Notes: generated by a model from the sequence alone, not told the origin. Counted from the stretch's first letter, positions 15,237 through 36,495 are shown. The stretch: 64,000 nt of DNA from the human T2T-CHM13v2.0 reference genome, Homo sapiens (GCF_009914755.1 NC_060925.1); one strand, 5' to 3'. Program-made: numbers and translations.

Positions 15237-15440
15237 TCACTGTTCCGAAGTGACAGGTGGAAGCTCTTTCAGTTCCTCCTTTTCCGGGTACACTTCAGAC
15301 ACCTTATTCATCTTGGTGAAAATCTGGTTGATCTCTATGAACGTCTTGGCCTTGGTCTCCGGGACAATCAAGAAGATGTAGATGGTGGTGAGGAGGCAGA
15401 TCACGGCGAAGACAATGAAGCTGTACGGGCCGAGGCCCTC
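15237..15440 (-). CDS. SLC2A5: SLC2A5 exon 12 coding part (204 nt including TGA)
   Basis: gcag|GAG GGC, PETK motif, ending PPVTSEQ* with TGA at 15239-15237. The 12 exons sum to 1506 nt = 501 aa + stop, the known GLUT5 length. Confidence 0.97.
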   Translation of the reverse strand, partial: EGLGPYSFIVFAVICLLTTIYIFLIVPETKAKTFIEINQIFTKMNKVSEVYPEKEELKELPPVTSEQ

Positions 15441-15547
15441 CTGCGGGAAGAGGGGCAGGTGACACGTGTGGGACGTGGTTTGCCCAGGGGCTCGCACTGT
15501 ACTGCATGGGGATCTGGTGGTGAGCGTGGGCCCCGGGCCCCACTCAC

Positions 15548-15675
15548 CTGGATGAACGGGAAGATCAAGCCCACGGTGAAGTTGGAGAGCCAGTGCACAC
15601 TGCCCCCCACCATGAAGGCAGATGGCCGAGAGGACTGCAGGAAGATCTCAGTGATGAGCAGCGCGGGTATGGGAC
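15548..15675 (-). CDS. SLC2A5: SLC2A5 exon 11 (128 nt)
   Basis: tacag|GT CCC ATA to ATC CAG|gtgagt; [42 protein letters not shown]. Confidence 0.97.
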
Positions 15676-16081
15676 CTGTAGGGGGAGGAGAGCAGCCTCC
15701 CTGAAGGCAGAGCGGGCCCGAGCATCCCAGGCCTGGCCATGCAGACCCACCAGGTAGCTGGCCCCAGGACAGAGGCGTCTCCAGGACTCTTGGGCATGTG
15801 GGGCAGCACGTAGGGGGCAAACGGCAGTGTACAGGGATGGCAGGCCAGCAACCACCCGTTAGGTCCACTCTGCTGCCTGCACAGTCTGTGTGTTCCCACC
15901 CACACCACCATTTTACCATTTCGCTCTCATTATGTGCCACCCACCCCCTTGCGGTGGACGGGGGAAGAGATGCCATTTCCAGGCTGCATTGGCCATCCCT
16001 GGTATCTCTAAGGAGCTCCAGCCCGGAGCTTCTGGGACCAGGGGGGGTTGTGACACCCTGAGGCCAGCTTTGGGTACGTAC

Positions 16082-16157
16082 TGGGCCCGAGGGCATGTCC
16101 TATGACGTAGGAGATGACACAGACGATGCTGATGTATGGCATCCAGGACACTGTGTC
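16082..16157 (-). CDS. SLC2A5: SLC2A5 exon 10 (76 nt)
   Basis: cacag|GAC ACA to CCC A|gtacgt; [25 protein letters not shown]. Confidence 0.96.
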
Positions 16158-16478
16158 CTGTGGAGAGAAAGCAGTTGGTTCACCTGGAGCAGACAAGCTA
16201 GGACGGGACCCCAGGGGGCGGCCAACCTGCCCTGGTGGGTGGAGGATGGCACCTGGCTCCTCCCCCAGCAGTGCCACCTCGATGAGCCACTGGGAAATCA
16301 GCTGAACGTGGGCTATGAGCTGGCAGGACACACAGTCCCCAGATGTCTGGCCAGTTGTATTTGCTAAAACAGCTCATTGTGACCCCTTTTATTTTAAGGC
16401 AGGTGGAGGCGCAGGATGGGAGGGGCACTGGTCTTCCTGGTGCAGCTCCGGGCTCCTGGGACCCTGGCCTGTCCTCAC

Positions 16479-16580
16479 CTGCAGTGCCAGAGCTGCAGTG
16501 AGCACGCAGCAGGCTATGAGGCAGATGGAGAAGCCCAGCAGCAGCAGCAGCCTCCGACCCAGGAGCTCCACCACGAACAC
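16479..16580 (-). CDS. SLC2A5: SLC2A5 exon 9 (102 nt)
   Basis: tgtag|GTG TTC to CTG CAG|gtgagg; VFVVELLGRRLLLL with the GRR motif. Confidence 0.97.
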
Positions 16581-17202
16581 CTACAGGAGGGTGGCAGGGC
16601 TCAGGCGGGAGAGGCCCAGCTTCACCTCCCTCCAGCCCCCTCCAATGGGGCAGCTGTGAGGAGAGCTGGGCGGACCGGGTGCCCACCCATGTGCACGCAC
16701 ACTCACATTCACATGTGCAAGACATGCCCTTGGGCAGCCAGCGGGAAGTCGGCTGTGGCTGTGATGCGGGACCCCAGCTGCCCACCCTTGAGACTCAGCT
16801 CTAGGGCCTCCTAATCCCACAACCCTGAGCCTCAGGATTCCTGCCCTCGGGAGGCCAGATGTCTGCATGCACCGGAGACGCTGCCCCCACGGAGCCTGCT
16901 CCCATCCCGAGGTGGCCGAGCCTCACTCCGGGTAGCCCGGGCTCGGAGCCACCCAGCAGTGGGCGCTGCCTGGTCCAGGCACGCCTACATCCCGGTCAGG
17001 TGGTGGCCCCGGGCCCGGTGCGGCTCGGCAGCCCCAAGTGTGAGGGGCTGGTGCGGGGCCACCTCCCACACAGAGTTTCTGTAGTAGCGGCTGGTCCTCC
17101 ACGTTTTGGGGCCACGGGCTGCCCTTTTGGCGGCGCCGAGGCTGGGGCGTGGGGCCCGAGGGGCCTTGGGTGGAGGCTGTGGGCAGCTCCCAGGACACTC
17201 AC

Positions 17203-17313
17203 GGCGCAGAAGGTCATGACCACGTTCACGGCCCCGGTGCCGGCCGTCACGTACTGCACGTGCTCCTCCGGCACGCCGGCGCTCAGGTAGATCTGGTCCG
17301 CGTAGTAGTAGAT
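17203..17313 (-). CDS. SLC2A5: SLC2A5 exon 8 (111 nt)
   Basis: gcag|ATC TAC to TGC GCC|gtgagt; [37 protein letters not shown]. Confidence 0.97.
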
Positions 17314-17450
17314 CTGCAAGGCAAGCGCGGGGCTGGGCGGCTGCCCGGAGGAGGCGGCCTCGGCGCCAGGACCCACGCCCGGCGCCCCAGGACCTGCGCC
17401 CCGCGCCCCCCGAGCCCTCCCCAGCTCCCGAGCCGCAGCCCGGCCCATAC

Positions 17451-17638
17451 AGCGTTGACGCCCGACAGCTGCTGGCCGCCCATGAGGACGATGATGGACA
17501 GCAGCTGCCAGCGCAGCGAGCGCATCCGGAACAGCTTCAGCACGGAGATGAAGCCCGCGGCCTTCTCTGCCTCATCCTCCTGCCGGATCTCGGCCACCTC
17601 CCTGTCCACAGAGTCCCAGCCGCGCAGCGTCTGTAGGG
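17451..17638 (-). CDS. SLC2A5: SLC2A5 exon 7 (188 nt)
   Basis: cccag|CC CTA CAG to AAC GCT|gtatgg; ...[22 protein letters not shown] with the QQLSG motif. Confidence 0.97.
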
Positions 17639-17714
17639 CTGGGGAGAAGCGGCACCGTCGGACCAGGGCTGGGGAGCAGAACCTGGAGGCCGCCCCCGCC
17701 AGAGCCCTCGTTAC

Positions 17715-17840
17715 CTTTCTTGGCGGCCGCTTCGTCTTTCTTCTGAATCAGCAGGTACCTGGGGCTCTCGGGGAAGAAGGGCAGCAGAAGGAGCTGCAGC
17801 GCCGCGGGGACCCCGGTCAGCCCCAGCAGGATCGGCCAGC
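17715..17840 (-). CDS. SLC2A5: SLC2A5 exon 6 (126 nt)
   Basis: ccag|GC TGG to AAA G|gtaacg; [30 protein letters not shown] with the PESPR motif. Confidence 0.97.
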
Positions 17841-19435
17841 CTGGGAGGAAGGCAGCGAGCTGGCACCAGCGGCCTCCCCACCACCCCGAAGGCGCCCTCT
17901 GCAGAGCCGGCCCCAGCCCCGTCATCCTGAGTGGGGTGCAGGCTCCAGGAGGGCACAGCTTTCCCAGCCCTAAGAACAGCAACTCCCGACGGTGGACACT
18001 CGGGAAACACCTGCAGCAGGGATCAGCAGCGACGCACCCCTGCGCCCATCAGACAGACCACACCGACGAGACCGGTAATACCATGTGCTGGTGAGAACGT
18101 CCCCGTGTCCTTCAGAGGACAGTCTTGCAGGGGCTGGAGGAGCTGGGCATACCCGGCCTGACCCAACTGCCCACTCCCAGCTCTATGCCCAGAGAAGCCA
18201 GGCCACCAGGATGCCTGAACTGGAATGGTCACGGCAGCTCTGATTACAGAAAGGACACCAGAAACAGTGGGAATATCGTTAACATTCCACATAGAGGGGA
18301 CACATGGGCTGGCTGCATTGGTACTGCAAAGGCAAAACTAGAGGCAAAGCAAAAAAATGAAGCACAGAGCTTCACAAATGCCTAGAGGGCCGTGTGTGGT
18401 TCTGAGTCCTGCTATGGAGCTCCCTGAGACAGGAACCTGGCTTATTCACTTCTGGTCCCAGCTCCTAATGAGAACGCGGCGCCTTGGCGTAAGTGTCCCC
18501 AACACATGCAGGAGTGAAGGAGAGGCAGGAGCATGTGGTACTTAAACAGGGACCTAGGTCTGTGCCGCTGGGTCTGCATCCTCATGAGACCTTGGACCAG
18601 TCTTCCAATCTCTCTGTACCTGTGATGCACCTGCAAAATGGGTATGATACTGGTACAGGCTTAATAGGGCTGTTCTGAGGAATACATGAGTTACTAAAAA
18701 AGACTTGGCACTTGGCTCACGGTAAGCACTTTCTACAGAGAGTGTCTAAGCAGCACAGAGCTTGATGATCCACTTGACTGACTTGCAGACGGTGTGTAGA
18801 ACCCTGGCGGGAACTGGCTTATGTTTTGGCTGACGGGATGACTGATGATAGTTTAAAGGGAAAGTCGTGCAAAAACAACCCCGGTTACAGGTGTCTGTGC
18901 ACCTGCCGCATGCCAGGCCCCAGGCTGTCTTGGGGAAGGTGGAGGCAGGGTCTGGGATGTCCTCACCACCTCCCCCATGGGGCCAGGCCACCCTCACTCC
19001 TGGTACTTCTCTTTCTGGTCTGCAAAATGGGATAATCACTGAGTCCCAGGCAGCAGCGTTGCTGGGAGGGTCCTATGAACTGATGCTGGGTCCGCCCCAA
19101 GCACAGAGCCTGGCACACTGGTGGCTGTCATTGCTATGCCACGGGCCTCCATATGGACAGCTGCTGAGCAGGCAGGGAAGCCCATCACTCAAAGCCACCT
19201 CATCCATCTCCTAAGAGGGACTAGATAGTAAACGCTGGCCAGTCCCTTATCGCGCCTTTGTCCATGGCCTGCTATGTTGGCTCGGGACAGGATGGGCCCC
19301 CCAAGGACATCCAGCCTGTTAGAAGAGACCAGTCTGCAGAAAGTCCTGTCCTGTGGTGGTGGCTTTGGAACACAAGGAGGGGGCCAAGGGTAGTGGTGAA
19401 GGGGTGGGGGTGCTCCCGAGATGTCCTGAACTCAC

Positions 19436-19588
19436 CATCTACGTTTGCAAGGAGATTCCGAAGACCAAAGATCTGGGCCACAAGGATGCCAACAGTGATG
19501 AAGAGCTGGGGCACCACCCCGAGAGCCCCCCGCAGGTTTTTAGGGGCCAGCTCCCCTAAGTACATGGGGACCACGTTGGAAGATACAC
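19436..19588 (-). CDS. SLC2A5: SLC2A5 exon 5 (153 nt)
   Basis: cccag|GT GTA TCT to GAT G|gtgagt; contains PMYLGELAPKNLRG, a sugar-transporter signature. Confidence 0.97.
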
Positions 19589-20053
19589 CTGGGAGGAGGT
19601 GAAATAGAAACACCATCAGAAAAAATTAGTCTGGCAGGGACAAGCTGTCTTCAAGTATACTATTCTTAGCAATAACATTATTTGGGCCAGAACTCTCTCA
19701 AAACTGCAAAGGAGAAAGCAAACACCTCTTTTAATTCTTAGCCCTTTATACTTTAAGGAAAGAGAAACAGATCAAAGGAGCTCATGCACAGGGGCCCTTG
19801 CTTTGGCCCATATCATCTGGGGACACTGGCCAGCTGGATCTACGGCCTTCCCGCTCCCTGGCCTGAGTCTAGACCCACTCACGTTTCTGCTTTTTGAGGA
19901 GGGTCTGTTTCATAAAAGGCAAGGCAGCTGGGTGTGATGGCTCGTGCCTGTAATTTCAGCACTTGGGGAGGCTAAGTGGGGAGGATAGATTACTTGGGGT
20001 CAGGAGTTTGAGACCAGCCTGGGCAACATAGTGGAACCGTTTCCACTAAAAAT

Positions 20054-20385
20054 ATGTATATGTGTGTGTGTGTGTGCGCGCGCATGATATATATGGCCTG
20101 TGTGTATTTACATATGGTGTGTATGTCTGTGTGTGTATGGCCTCTGTGTGTGTGTGTGTACGTGTATATGGACATGGCCTGGTGTGTGTGTGTGTGTGTA
20201 TATATATATGGCATGTGTGTGTACATATATATATATGGCCTCTGTGTGTGTGTGTGTGTGTATGTGTATATATATGTGTGTGTGTGGGTGTGTGTGTGGC
20301 CTGGGTGTGTGTGTGTGTGTGTATAGGGCATGTGTATGTGTATGTATATATATGGCATGTGTGTATGTGTGTGTATGTGTGTATG
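20054..20385. repeat. (TG)n/(TA)n compound repeat punctuated by ATGGC(C) units (intron 4)
   Basis: Direct reading. Confidence 0.95.
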
Positions 20386-21311
20386 GCCCAGGACCCCTAG
20401 CCCCCAGCTTTACCTTATAGGAACAGTAAATAAACCAATGCAGAGATAGTTTCATACACCTTTAAGAACAAGTTATATGTCTCTATAAGCATTTAAAATG
20501 TCAACACATATTACGGAATATCTGCATTTCTGGGATTTCTGTAATGTCTGGACTACTTCTGAATCCCCAGTATTTAAACTTGTAAATATTCCCATCATAC
20601 TTGAATCTGGTGGAGGGAAAACTTACTCTATTTTATAGAATGACGTGTTGCCTGATGTCAATTAAAAAAACATAGGCAGAATTTAATTTTGCAGCTTCCA
20701 AAGTATTTTCACATATATTGCCCTATTTAATTCTCCTAAAAGCACATCCAGAGGCTGGGGATGGAGAGGAAGTTTCACTAGTCCAAGTATCAGGTACCAA
20801 ATCCTGAGTCAAATGGAGGCTCAGGGACGTGGGTCTCTGAAGGGAGGCTCTCAGGAACAGAGTTTGGAGTGAGCAGAGGTTGGAGCTGCTGTTGATGGCG
20901 GGGTATTTGATAGAACTGAGATAGGAGGGTACCTGAGGCCATGTTTTCCTGTTTGGCAATTCTACCCACAGATGTCTCTGCTCAGTATTTGAAAAGAGAC
21001 ATCACAGTTCATTAATATCGATTCTTCCTCATTTGCAGAGCAAAGAGGGGCAGTCTTTAAAGCAGCTCTTAGCATGTCTAGGTGGGAAGAGGGAGCAACA
21101 CCTCACAGGCCCAGGGCAAAGGGCTGCAGAGGAAAGGAAGGCCTCCTGGGAGCTGAAGTGGGAGGCTGTGTCCTCACCACTTAACAAGAGCCACTTAGCA
21201 GCAAGAGCATCTTGGTGAAGGATATTAATAAAGGGTCAAACCTCAGGAGGTTTGTGAAGAGATGGGGTTACCTGTACGTTGGTGGAAAGCAATCTCTATT
21301 TTTGTCTTTAA

Positions 21312-21497
<186 letters not shown>

Positions 21498-22157
21498 TAG
21501 CTGGGATTACAGGCGCCCGCCACCACGCCTGGCTAATTTTTGTATTTTTAGTAGAGACGGGGTTTCACCATGTTGGCAAGGCTGGTCCTGAACTCCCGAC
21601 CTCAGGTGATCCACCCGCCTCGGCCTCCCAAAGTGCTGGGATTACAGGCATGAGCCACCGTGCCTGGCCTGGCTTTTGAAGTTTAAATTCCTCCTGCTGG
21701 ACACTGTAGCTCACCCCTGTAATCCCAGCATTTTGGGAGGCTGAGGCAGGTGGATCACTTGAGGCCAGGAGTTCGAGACCAGCCTAGCCAACATGGTGAA
21801 ACCCCATCTCTATGAAAAATACAAAAAAATTAGCTGGGCACGGTGGCACATGCCTACAGTGCTAGCTACTCAGGAGGCTGAGGCACAAGAATTGCTTGAA
21901 CTTAGCAGGTGGAGCTTGCAGTGAGCCGAGACCGTGCCACTGCACTCCAGCCTGGGCAACTAAGCAAGAGTCCATCTCAAACAAACAAACAAACAAACAA
22001 AAAGTTTAAATTCCTCTGAGCCAATGAATACCTTCAGTCTTCCTGCCAAGAAGTTGATTAGTAACAAATCAGTGAACTGTGAGCATGTTCCAGTAAAAGT
22101 CATACTCATCTTGGCACCCCCCTTGTCAAGGTAGTTGTTTACTTCATTTTAGAGTGA

Positions 22158-22439
<282 letters not shown>

Positions 22440-22616
22440 TGATCCAACTGCCTCAGCTTCCTAAAGTGCTGGTATTACAGGCATGAGCCACTGCACCCGG
22501 CCATATGCGTGGTTTTAAAATGAGTGTCTAAGCAGCACACAGCTTGATGATCCACTTTGCTGACTTGCTGGAGGTATGTGAAAAACTGTTGGCAAATGGA
22601 TTATGCCCCTAATGGC

Positions 22617-23047
22617 CAGTGTTCTCAAGCCGTGATCTGAGGACCCAGGGATCCCGAGACCTTTTAAGGGTGTCTGTGAGATCAAAACTATTTTCATAAT
22701 AATCCAGAGATGATATCTGCTCTTCATTCTCTCTCTCTCATGAGCATATGGGAGTTTTCCAGAGACTTCTTGCCAGGCCACATCACAACTGACCTGACCC
22801 AGAAGTACATCTGAGAATTCAGCTGTCTTCTATTAAGCCAGACATTAAAGAGATTTGCAAAAATGTCAAACAAGGCCACTCTTCATGTAATAGGCTTATT
22901 TTAAAAAATGAATTAATATGTCTCTCGGTTGCCATTTCTAATACAGTAAATATTGATCAATGTAACCCACATGAGCAAAAGCTCTTTGGAGCCCTCAATA
23001 ATTTTAAGTGTGTAAAGGGGTCTGAGACCAAAAACTGAGAACTGCTG
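22617..23047. mobile_element. hAT-Charlie-type non-autonomous DNA transposon
   Basis: Terminal inverted repeat-like ends cagtgttctcaa...tgagaactgctg and a typical ...gagatcaaaactattttcataataa interior. Confidence 0.55.
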
Positions 23048-23411
23048 ACTTTAGAGTAAAGGCTGGGATTTTTAACTGATTTGTTATCTATTGGAGCCTA
23101 ATATTTCTCTGCTGGAAACAATTCTGTATTGTTAATGGTCAATAGAAAAGTGATTGGACCTGCTTACTGGTGGCAACTTTTAGGAATGTATTTTTCAAAA
23201 TGTTGAGCCCACTGCAGAGAAAACCCACAGGTCAGGGCAAGATGGCAGAGACCGGCCGGGCATGGTGGCTCACGCCTGTAATCCCAGCATTTCGGGAGGC
23301 TGAGGTCAGGAGTTTGAGACTAGCTTGGCCAACATAGTGAAACCCCATCTCTACCAAAAATACAAAAATTAGCTGGGTGTGGTGGCGGGCAGCTGTAATC
23401 CCAGCTACTCA

Positions 23412-23516
<105 letters not shown>

Positions 23517-24309
23517 TCAAAAAAAAAAAAAAAAAAAAGATGGCAGAGACCCAGCCAGGTGCTCTCAGGGAAAGCCGAGCACTAAGTGAAGTTTGCCATG
23601 GGGCTCACCATCCTCCCTTTGGCATGACTTAGTCTCTGTTTGGGAAATGTCTTCTCATCTTTTTTTCACGTCTCTGTTACTGCCAATTAATCCTAGCTGA
23701 GGGGTTTATGGACAGCCAGCCAAATTATCCATTTGTCCCTATCCCTGCGTTTGGAAGGAACAAATGAGAGTTCCTTGGCAATGTTGGGAAAGTGACTGGA
23801 GGGAGGCAGTGAGGCACCTGGGAGGGGCTCCCTCAAGGGGCCCACTCTGCACCTGTAGGACCCTGAGAGCTTCCATCCTAGATGCCTCTCCCCACCTGGC
23901 AGTGAGAAATACTGCCTACTAAGGATGCCAACTCAGGGAAAGCCACTGGCACGGCTCTACCCCTCATCTCTCCTCAGTGTGAAGCAATTATGGGAGAGTT
24001 TTCTAAAATCACCACTGTACAGCCTGGCAGCCTAGGCTTGGAAGCAACAGAGTGGGATTAGGAAAAAACACCTCCCAGTTTGTTAGATGAGAGGACTCAG
24101 CGAGTCAGCACCCGCTCAGCAGGTGGGCATTTCAGGAATAGAACTCAGTACGCCCTTGGCAAACTTTAAATTGCCCTATAAAACTTAAAATGTGGCACTG
24201 TTAGCACCTTTCTGGTAGTGGAATTCATACATTAGATTGTTTCTCAAGCTTTTTTGACTCTCACCCACAGTAAAAAATACAGAAATACATTTTCCACTGC
24301 AACCTGGTT

Positions 24310-24351
<42 letters not shown>

Positions 24352-24449
24352 AAACAAAAGTGGGCAATACTTATCTTTACTACACGTAACACTGCCTCTT
24401 CCATTTTATTTATTGATTTATATATATATTTATTTATCTTTGAGATGGG

Positions 24450-24810
24450 GATATGGTTTGGCTCTGTGTCCTCACCCAAATCTCATCTCAAATTGTAATC
24501 CCCATGTGTCAAGGGAGGACCTGATGGGAGGTGATTGGATCATAAGGGCGAGTTCTCCCATGTTTTTCTTGTGATACCAAGTTCTCATGAGATCGGATGG
24601 TTTTATAAGGCAGTTTCCCTTCTCTCTCTCTCTCTCTCTCTCGCCTGCTGCCATGTAAGACAGGTCTGCTTCCCCTTCCATCATGATTGTAAGTTTCCTG
24701 AGGCCTCTCCAGCCATGGGGAACTGTAAGTCAATTAGACTTCTTTTCTTTATAAATTACCCAGTCTTGGGGAGTATTCTTTACAGCAGTGTGAAAACAGA
24801 CTAATACACA
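24450..24810 (+). mobile_element. MST-type MaLR LTR inserted in an Alu monomer
   Basis: gatatggtttggctctgtgtcc...gactaataca; interrupts an antisense FLAM/Alu-like monomer. Confidence 0.75.
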
Positions 24811-25254
24811 GGGTTTCACTGTGTTGCCCAGGCTGGTTTCAAGTGATCCTCCCGCCTCGGCTTCCAGAGTAGCTGGATTGCAGGTGTGAGCCACTGCACT
24901 CAGCTATTCTATTTTTAAAAAGAAAATGCTGCTCACTAAACAGACATCACCACCCACTAACTGGTCATGACCTGCAGTTGAGAAAATATTGAGATAAAGG
25001 ATTGGATTGGAATGACACTTCCCAGGTTAAGATTCTGCATTTCAGTCTTTCAAAGATGTTTCTTTGTAGGAAACATCACAGTAAAGCTCTGCACCTGAGA
25101 ACCAGGTAGGGCTCAACCATCTGTTTCACAGCAGAGGTATAGGAACGCTTTCTACACGCTTCAGACATCACAGATTGGTTCTAGTCCCTGGGAACCTGTT
25201 GTCCTCCTCCTTGACGACCCTCACAGAATGGCAATACAGCATAGCATTGTTTAC

Positions 25255-25379
25255 CTGCACATATTCCCACCAAAAGTCTGGAAATAATGATAAGCTCAAA
25301 TGATGTGGCGACTCTGCTGCATCCCATTAAGATCGCAGGCACGATAGAAAATATGTTGTTGAACAGCAAGGCCCCTTTT
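25255..25379 (-). CDS. SLC2A5: SLC2A5 exon 4 (125 nt)
   Basis: ctgcag|A AAA GGG to GCA G|gtaaac; [41 protein letters not shown]. Confidence 0.97.
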
Positions 25380-25689
25380 CTGCAGAGGACAAAATATCAG
25401 TTAGTTTTGCTGAAGAATTCACTCTTTCATTCAAGAAATGTTTCTGGAGTGTCTCCTCTGCATAGGCTCCAGCAGTTACAGCAGCTTTACTGCTGTGCGT
25501 TTAGCTCTCTGGGACCTGAGACTGATACAGGTCAAGTGCATGGCCTGGTGTGGGAATACGCTCAGTGTGGGGAGCAAATGGAAATGACCACAGTCCAGAG
25601 GGCGTCAGTGGTGAAAATGGAGAAAGGGCTCTGTATTAAGATATAGTAAAGGGTTTTTGAAATCATTAGCTAATTTATAATTTTGGTGT

Positions 25690-32520
<6,831 letters not shown>

Positions 32521-33139
32521 TAGAAGAGGCTAGGCGTAGCGGTTCGTGCCTGTAATCCCAGCACTTTGAGAGGCCAAGGTGGGAGGATTGCTTGAGCCCA
32601 GAAGTTTGAGACCAGCCAGAGAAACCTAGTGAGACCCTGTCTCTACAAAAACTAAAAAATGAGCTGAGCACCATGGCACACACCTATAGTTCCAGCTATT
32701 TAGCAGGCTGAGGCAGAAGGATCCCTTAAGCCCAGGAGTTCAAGGCTGCAATGAGCTGTGATCATGCCACTGCACTCCCACCTAGGTGACAGAGTGAGAC
32801 CCTGTCTCACACATATATATTTATAGTGTTTGCTTTGTAAGTGTCCTCAGTTGAGAAGCAAAATCTATAAATTTGACCACTTGAAGACTTTAAAATTTTG
32901 CATAAAAAAGGTACTATATGTATGATTAAAAAAATAAAGCAACAGATTGAGAAGATATTTTCCCTAAGTAACAAAAGTAGAGTGTAGACATTACTTGCTC
33001 ATGCTCAGAAGTGAAACATCCTGGGTTGGAGTCCTGGCCACCTCCCAGCTGTGTGATCTTGGGTAAGTTACAGTGTCTCTCTGTGCACCATTTCCCCATC
33101 TTTAAAATGGAGTGGGGATTAGCCGGGTGCGGTGGCTCA

Positions 33140-33455
<316 letters not shown>

Positions 33456-33505
33456 TCAGGACAGTGCCTGGCACATAGGAACTCATTAATAAAAGTTAGT
33501 TGCTA

Positions 33506-33875
<370 letters not shown>

Positions 33876-34089
33876 CTAAGTAGACAGCTCAATTAGCAAC
33901 CTTCAGCTCCATCTGTGGGCCAAGCGGCGTGCTCTTAACTCAAGAAGTGTCCGGCAGGTCTGATTCTGACTGGAGGGATGTTCTGCTCCATGAGGGCCCA
34001 CAGGGAAAACTGTGGGTTCAACACTAATCTCTCAAGAGGATGTTAGATCCCAAAGCTGCAGCGGTGTTTTTTGTTTGTTTGTTTTTTGA

Positions 34090-34233
<144 letters not shown>

Positions 34234-34878
34234 TAATTTTTGTATTTTTAGTAGAGACGGAGTTTCACCATGTTGGCCAGGCTGGTCTCCAACTCCTGAC
34301 CTCAGGTGATCCGCCCGCCTCTGCCACCCAAAGTGTTGGGATTACAGACGTGAGCCACTGCGCCCAGCTGTGTGTTTTTATTCTCAGATTCTTTTCTTGA
34401 AATACTGGAGGAGGAGTCAGAGTCTGGGTTACTCTGGGCTCACTAGATCTGTGACCTCACTCAGCCCCACGTGCTCCTCATCCCTAGACGGGTTGGACAA
34501 GGGGACCTCTAAAATTCTCTTTCTAACTAGGTCTTCCATAATGTCCATGGAATTTATACGGGGGAGCGTGACATCTTAAGGACACTTTTTTGAAATAAAA
34601 TATGGCATTTCTAATGTTTCTAGAAATAGGGGCAAAGATACAGCCCTGACCCCTTTGTTCACGAGGCTGGTGTCACAAGAGAGATGTCCTAGATGACACT
34701 GTGGGGCAAAAGGGCAGTATGAGCCGAAGCAAGTCCTGGGTCTCCACAAGCACACACGGCTCCTTCCGGGTCTGCCCGAGGGCCTGTAGATCCCTGGCCA
34801 CCCCTGCTTCTAACCCCTGAGACCCTGCCTAGGTCCCCAAACACTGTCAATGTCTGATCTTCTTTTCTGACCCCATTA

Positions 34879-35175
<297 letters not shown>

Positions 35176-35332
35176 TTAAAAAAAAAAAAAAAAAAAAAAA
35201 GAAAGAAAAAAGAAAAATGACCACAGTGGTTATTATCTTAGTCTCATGGTAAGGATTTCAGTTGTAGGCCTGTATTTTAGCTCTGATGGGGGTCTATGAG
35301 TTTCAGGGAATTAAAAATTCACCTTCCCTTAC

Positions 35333-35493
35333 CTGCCAAATTTATTCACCAAGGGGCCGACCAGGAGGGATCCGATAAACCCTCCAAATGGAAACATGGA
35401 CACGGTTACAGACCACAGCAACGTCAAGGGGAAGTCTTCCATGAATTCACCGGTCCTACCATAGTAAGTCTCATTGTAAAATTGTTGCATGAG
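35333..35493 (-). CDS. SLC2A5: SLC2A5 exon 3 (161 nt)
   Basis: ctag|CTC ATG CAA to GGC AG|gtaagg; LMQQFYNETYYGR...VNKFGR, including the N-glycosylation sequon NET. Confidence 0.97.
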
Positions 35494-36036
35494 CTAGGAG
35501 ACAAAGCAAAACAGAACACCAAAATAATTTGATCCGGTTTTGCAAGAAGAACATTAGCTGTTAGGACACCCAATGAAATAACCTGGGCACACAGAGACCA
35601 ACCTTATTAACCGGGGGGTGATGGGAGGCAGGACAGAGCTTCAGGAGCAGTGAGAAGGGTGGGCACCCACCGGGAGGGCTGGGAAGCCTCTCAGCAGCAA
35701 ACCACCCTGGGTGTTTCTCAGCCAGAAAGGGATGACTCCAATTTTCCAATCAGCTGGGAGACCCCTGGCCCCCCCGGATTCCCTCTAAACAGCAAGGCCA
35801 CAGAAGATCTGAGCCCCCTCCTAGAGCCCGGCCCACTGTGTGTCCATCCAGACCTGGCCCATCCCAAGAGACCTGTGTCTGCGAGTTCCCTCGGGTCTGT
35901 GCTGTGTCCGGAGGGTGTTTCCCTCTCCCTTTGCTTCAGGACCCACTGCGTGAACAGCCCCACGCTGGCCAGTCCCACCCAGGCAATGGGCTGCTCCAAA
36001 CGTCCTCCCCACATCTTGCTCACCACAGTGACCTAC

Positions 36037-36135
36037 CAGTGCTGGGGAGTTGACAGCAGCCACGTTGTACCCATACTGGAAGGATGACCCAAAGGCAGCT
36101 ATCAGGGTTGCCAGGGCAAGCACAAGCGTCAGCCT
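36037..36135 (-). CDS. SLC2A5: SLC2A5 exon 2 (99 nt)
   Basis: tgcag|AGG to CTG|gtaggt; RLTLVLALATLIAAFGSSFQYGYNVAAVNSPAL. Confidence 0.97.
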
Positions 36136-36291
36136 CTGCAGAGATCACAGCTTAGGTCAGGAAGCAGCCCCAGGGTTCCAGGGCCCTCCCGCTTTACTTC
36201 GGTTTCGTAGAAAGATGTAACAGAATCTGAAGATCCATAGTCTTGAGACTACTCCATTCCTTGAAACCTACCCTCAACCCACCTTGGGTTA

Positions 36292-36495
36292 CAGGCTTTC
36301 TCAACCATGGCACTTTTGACACTTGGGGTCTGATAATTCTTTGTTATGGGGGCTGTCCTGAGCACAGCAGGATGTTTACAGCATCCTGTGAACATGGTGC
36401 CAGTAGCACCCCTCTCCCCAGCTGCGACAACCCAAATGTCTTCCAACATTGTTAAGTGTCCCCTGGTGGGGAAGTGCTCCATTTGAGAACCACTG
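36292..36495. mobile_element. MER20 DNA transposon
   Basis: tttctcaaccatggcac...ataattctttgttatgggggctgtcctg...ttgagaaccactg. Confidence 0.75.

Larger units (their letters stand above)
16860..18070. other. Intragenic CpG-rich region over SLC2A5 exons 6-8
   Basis: Very GC- and CpG-rich exons with short introns of 76 and 137 nt. Confidence 0.65.

Noticed and set aside
17639-17714. 76-nt GC-rich intron 6 as a possible mirtron
   Set aside because: The 5' and 3' ends do not pair convincingly by eye.
17149-17973. 274-aa + strand ORF (and 15078..15704)
   Set aside because: Antisense shadows of GC-rich SLC2A5 exons.
18763-18781. TGATGA...CTGA as a C/D snoRNA in the 84-bp duplicate
   Set aside because: The boxes are only about 9 nt apart, there is no terminal stem, and it is antisense to the host gene. 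Kept only as an unexplained duplication.
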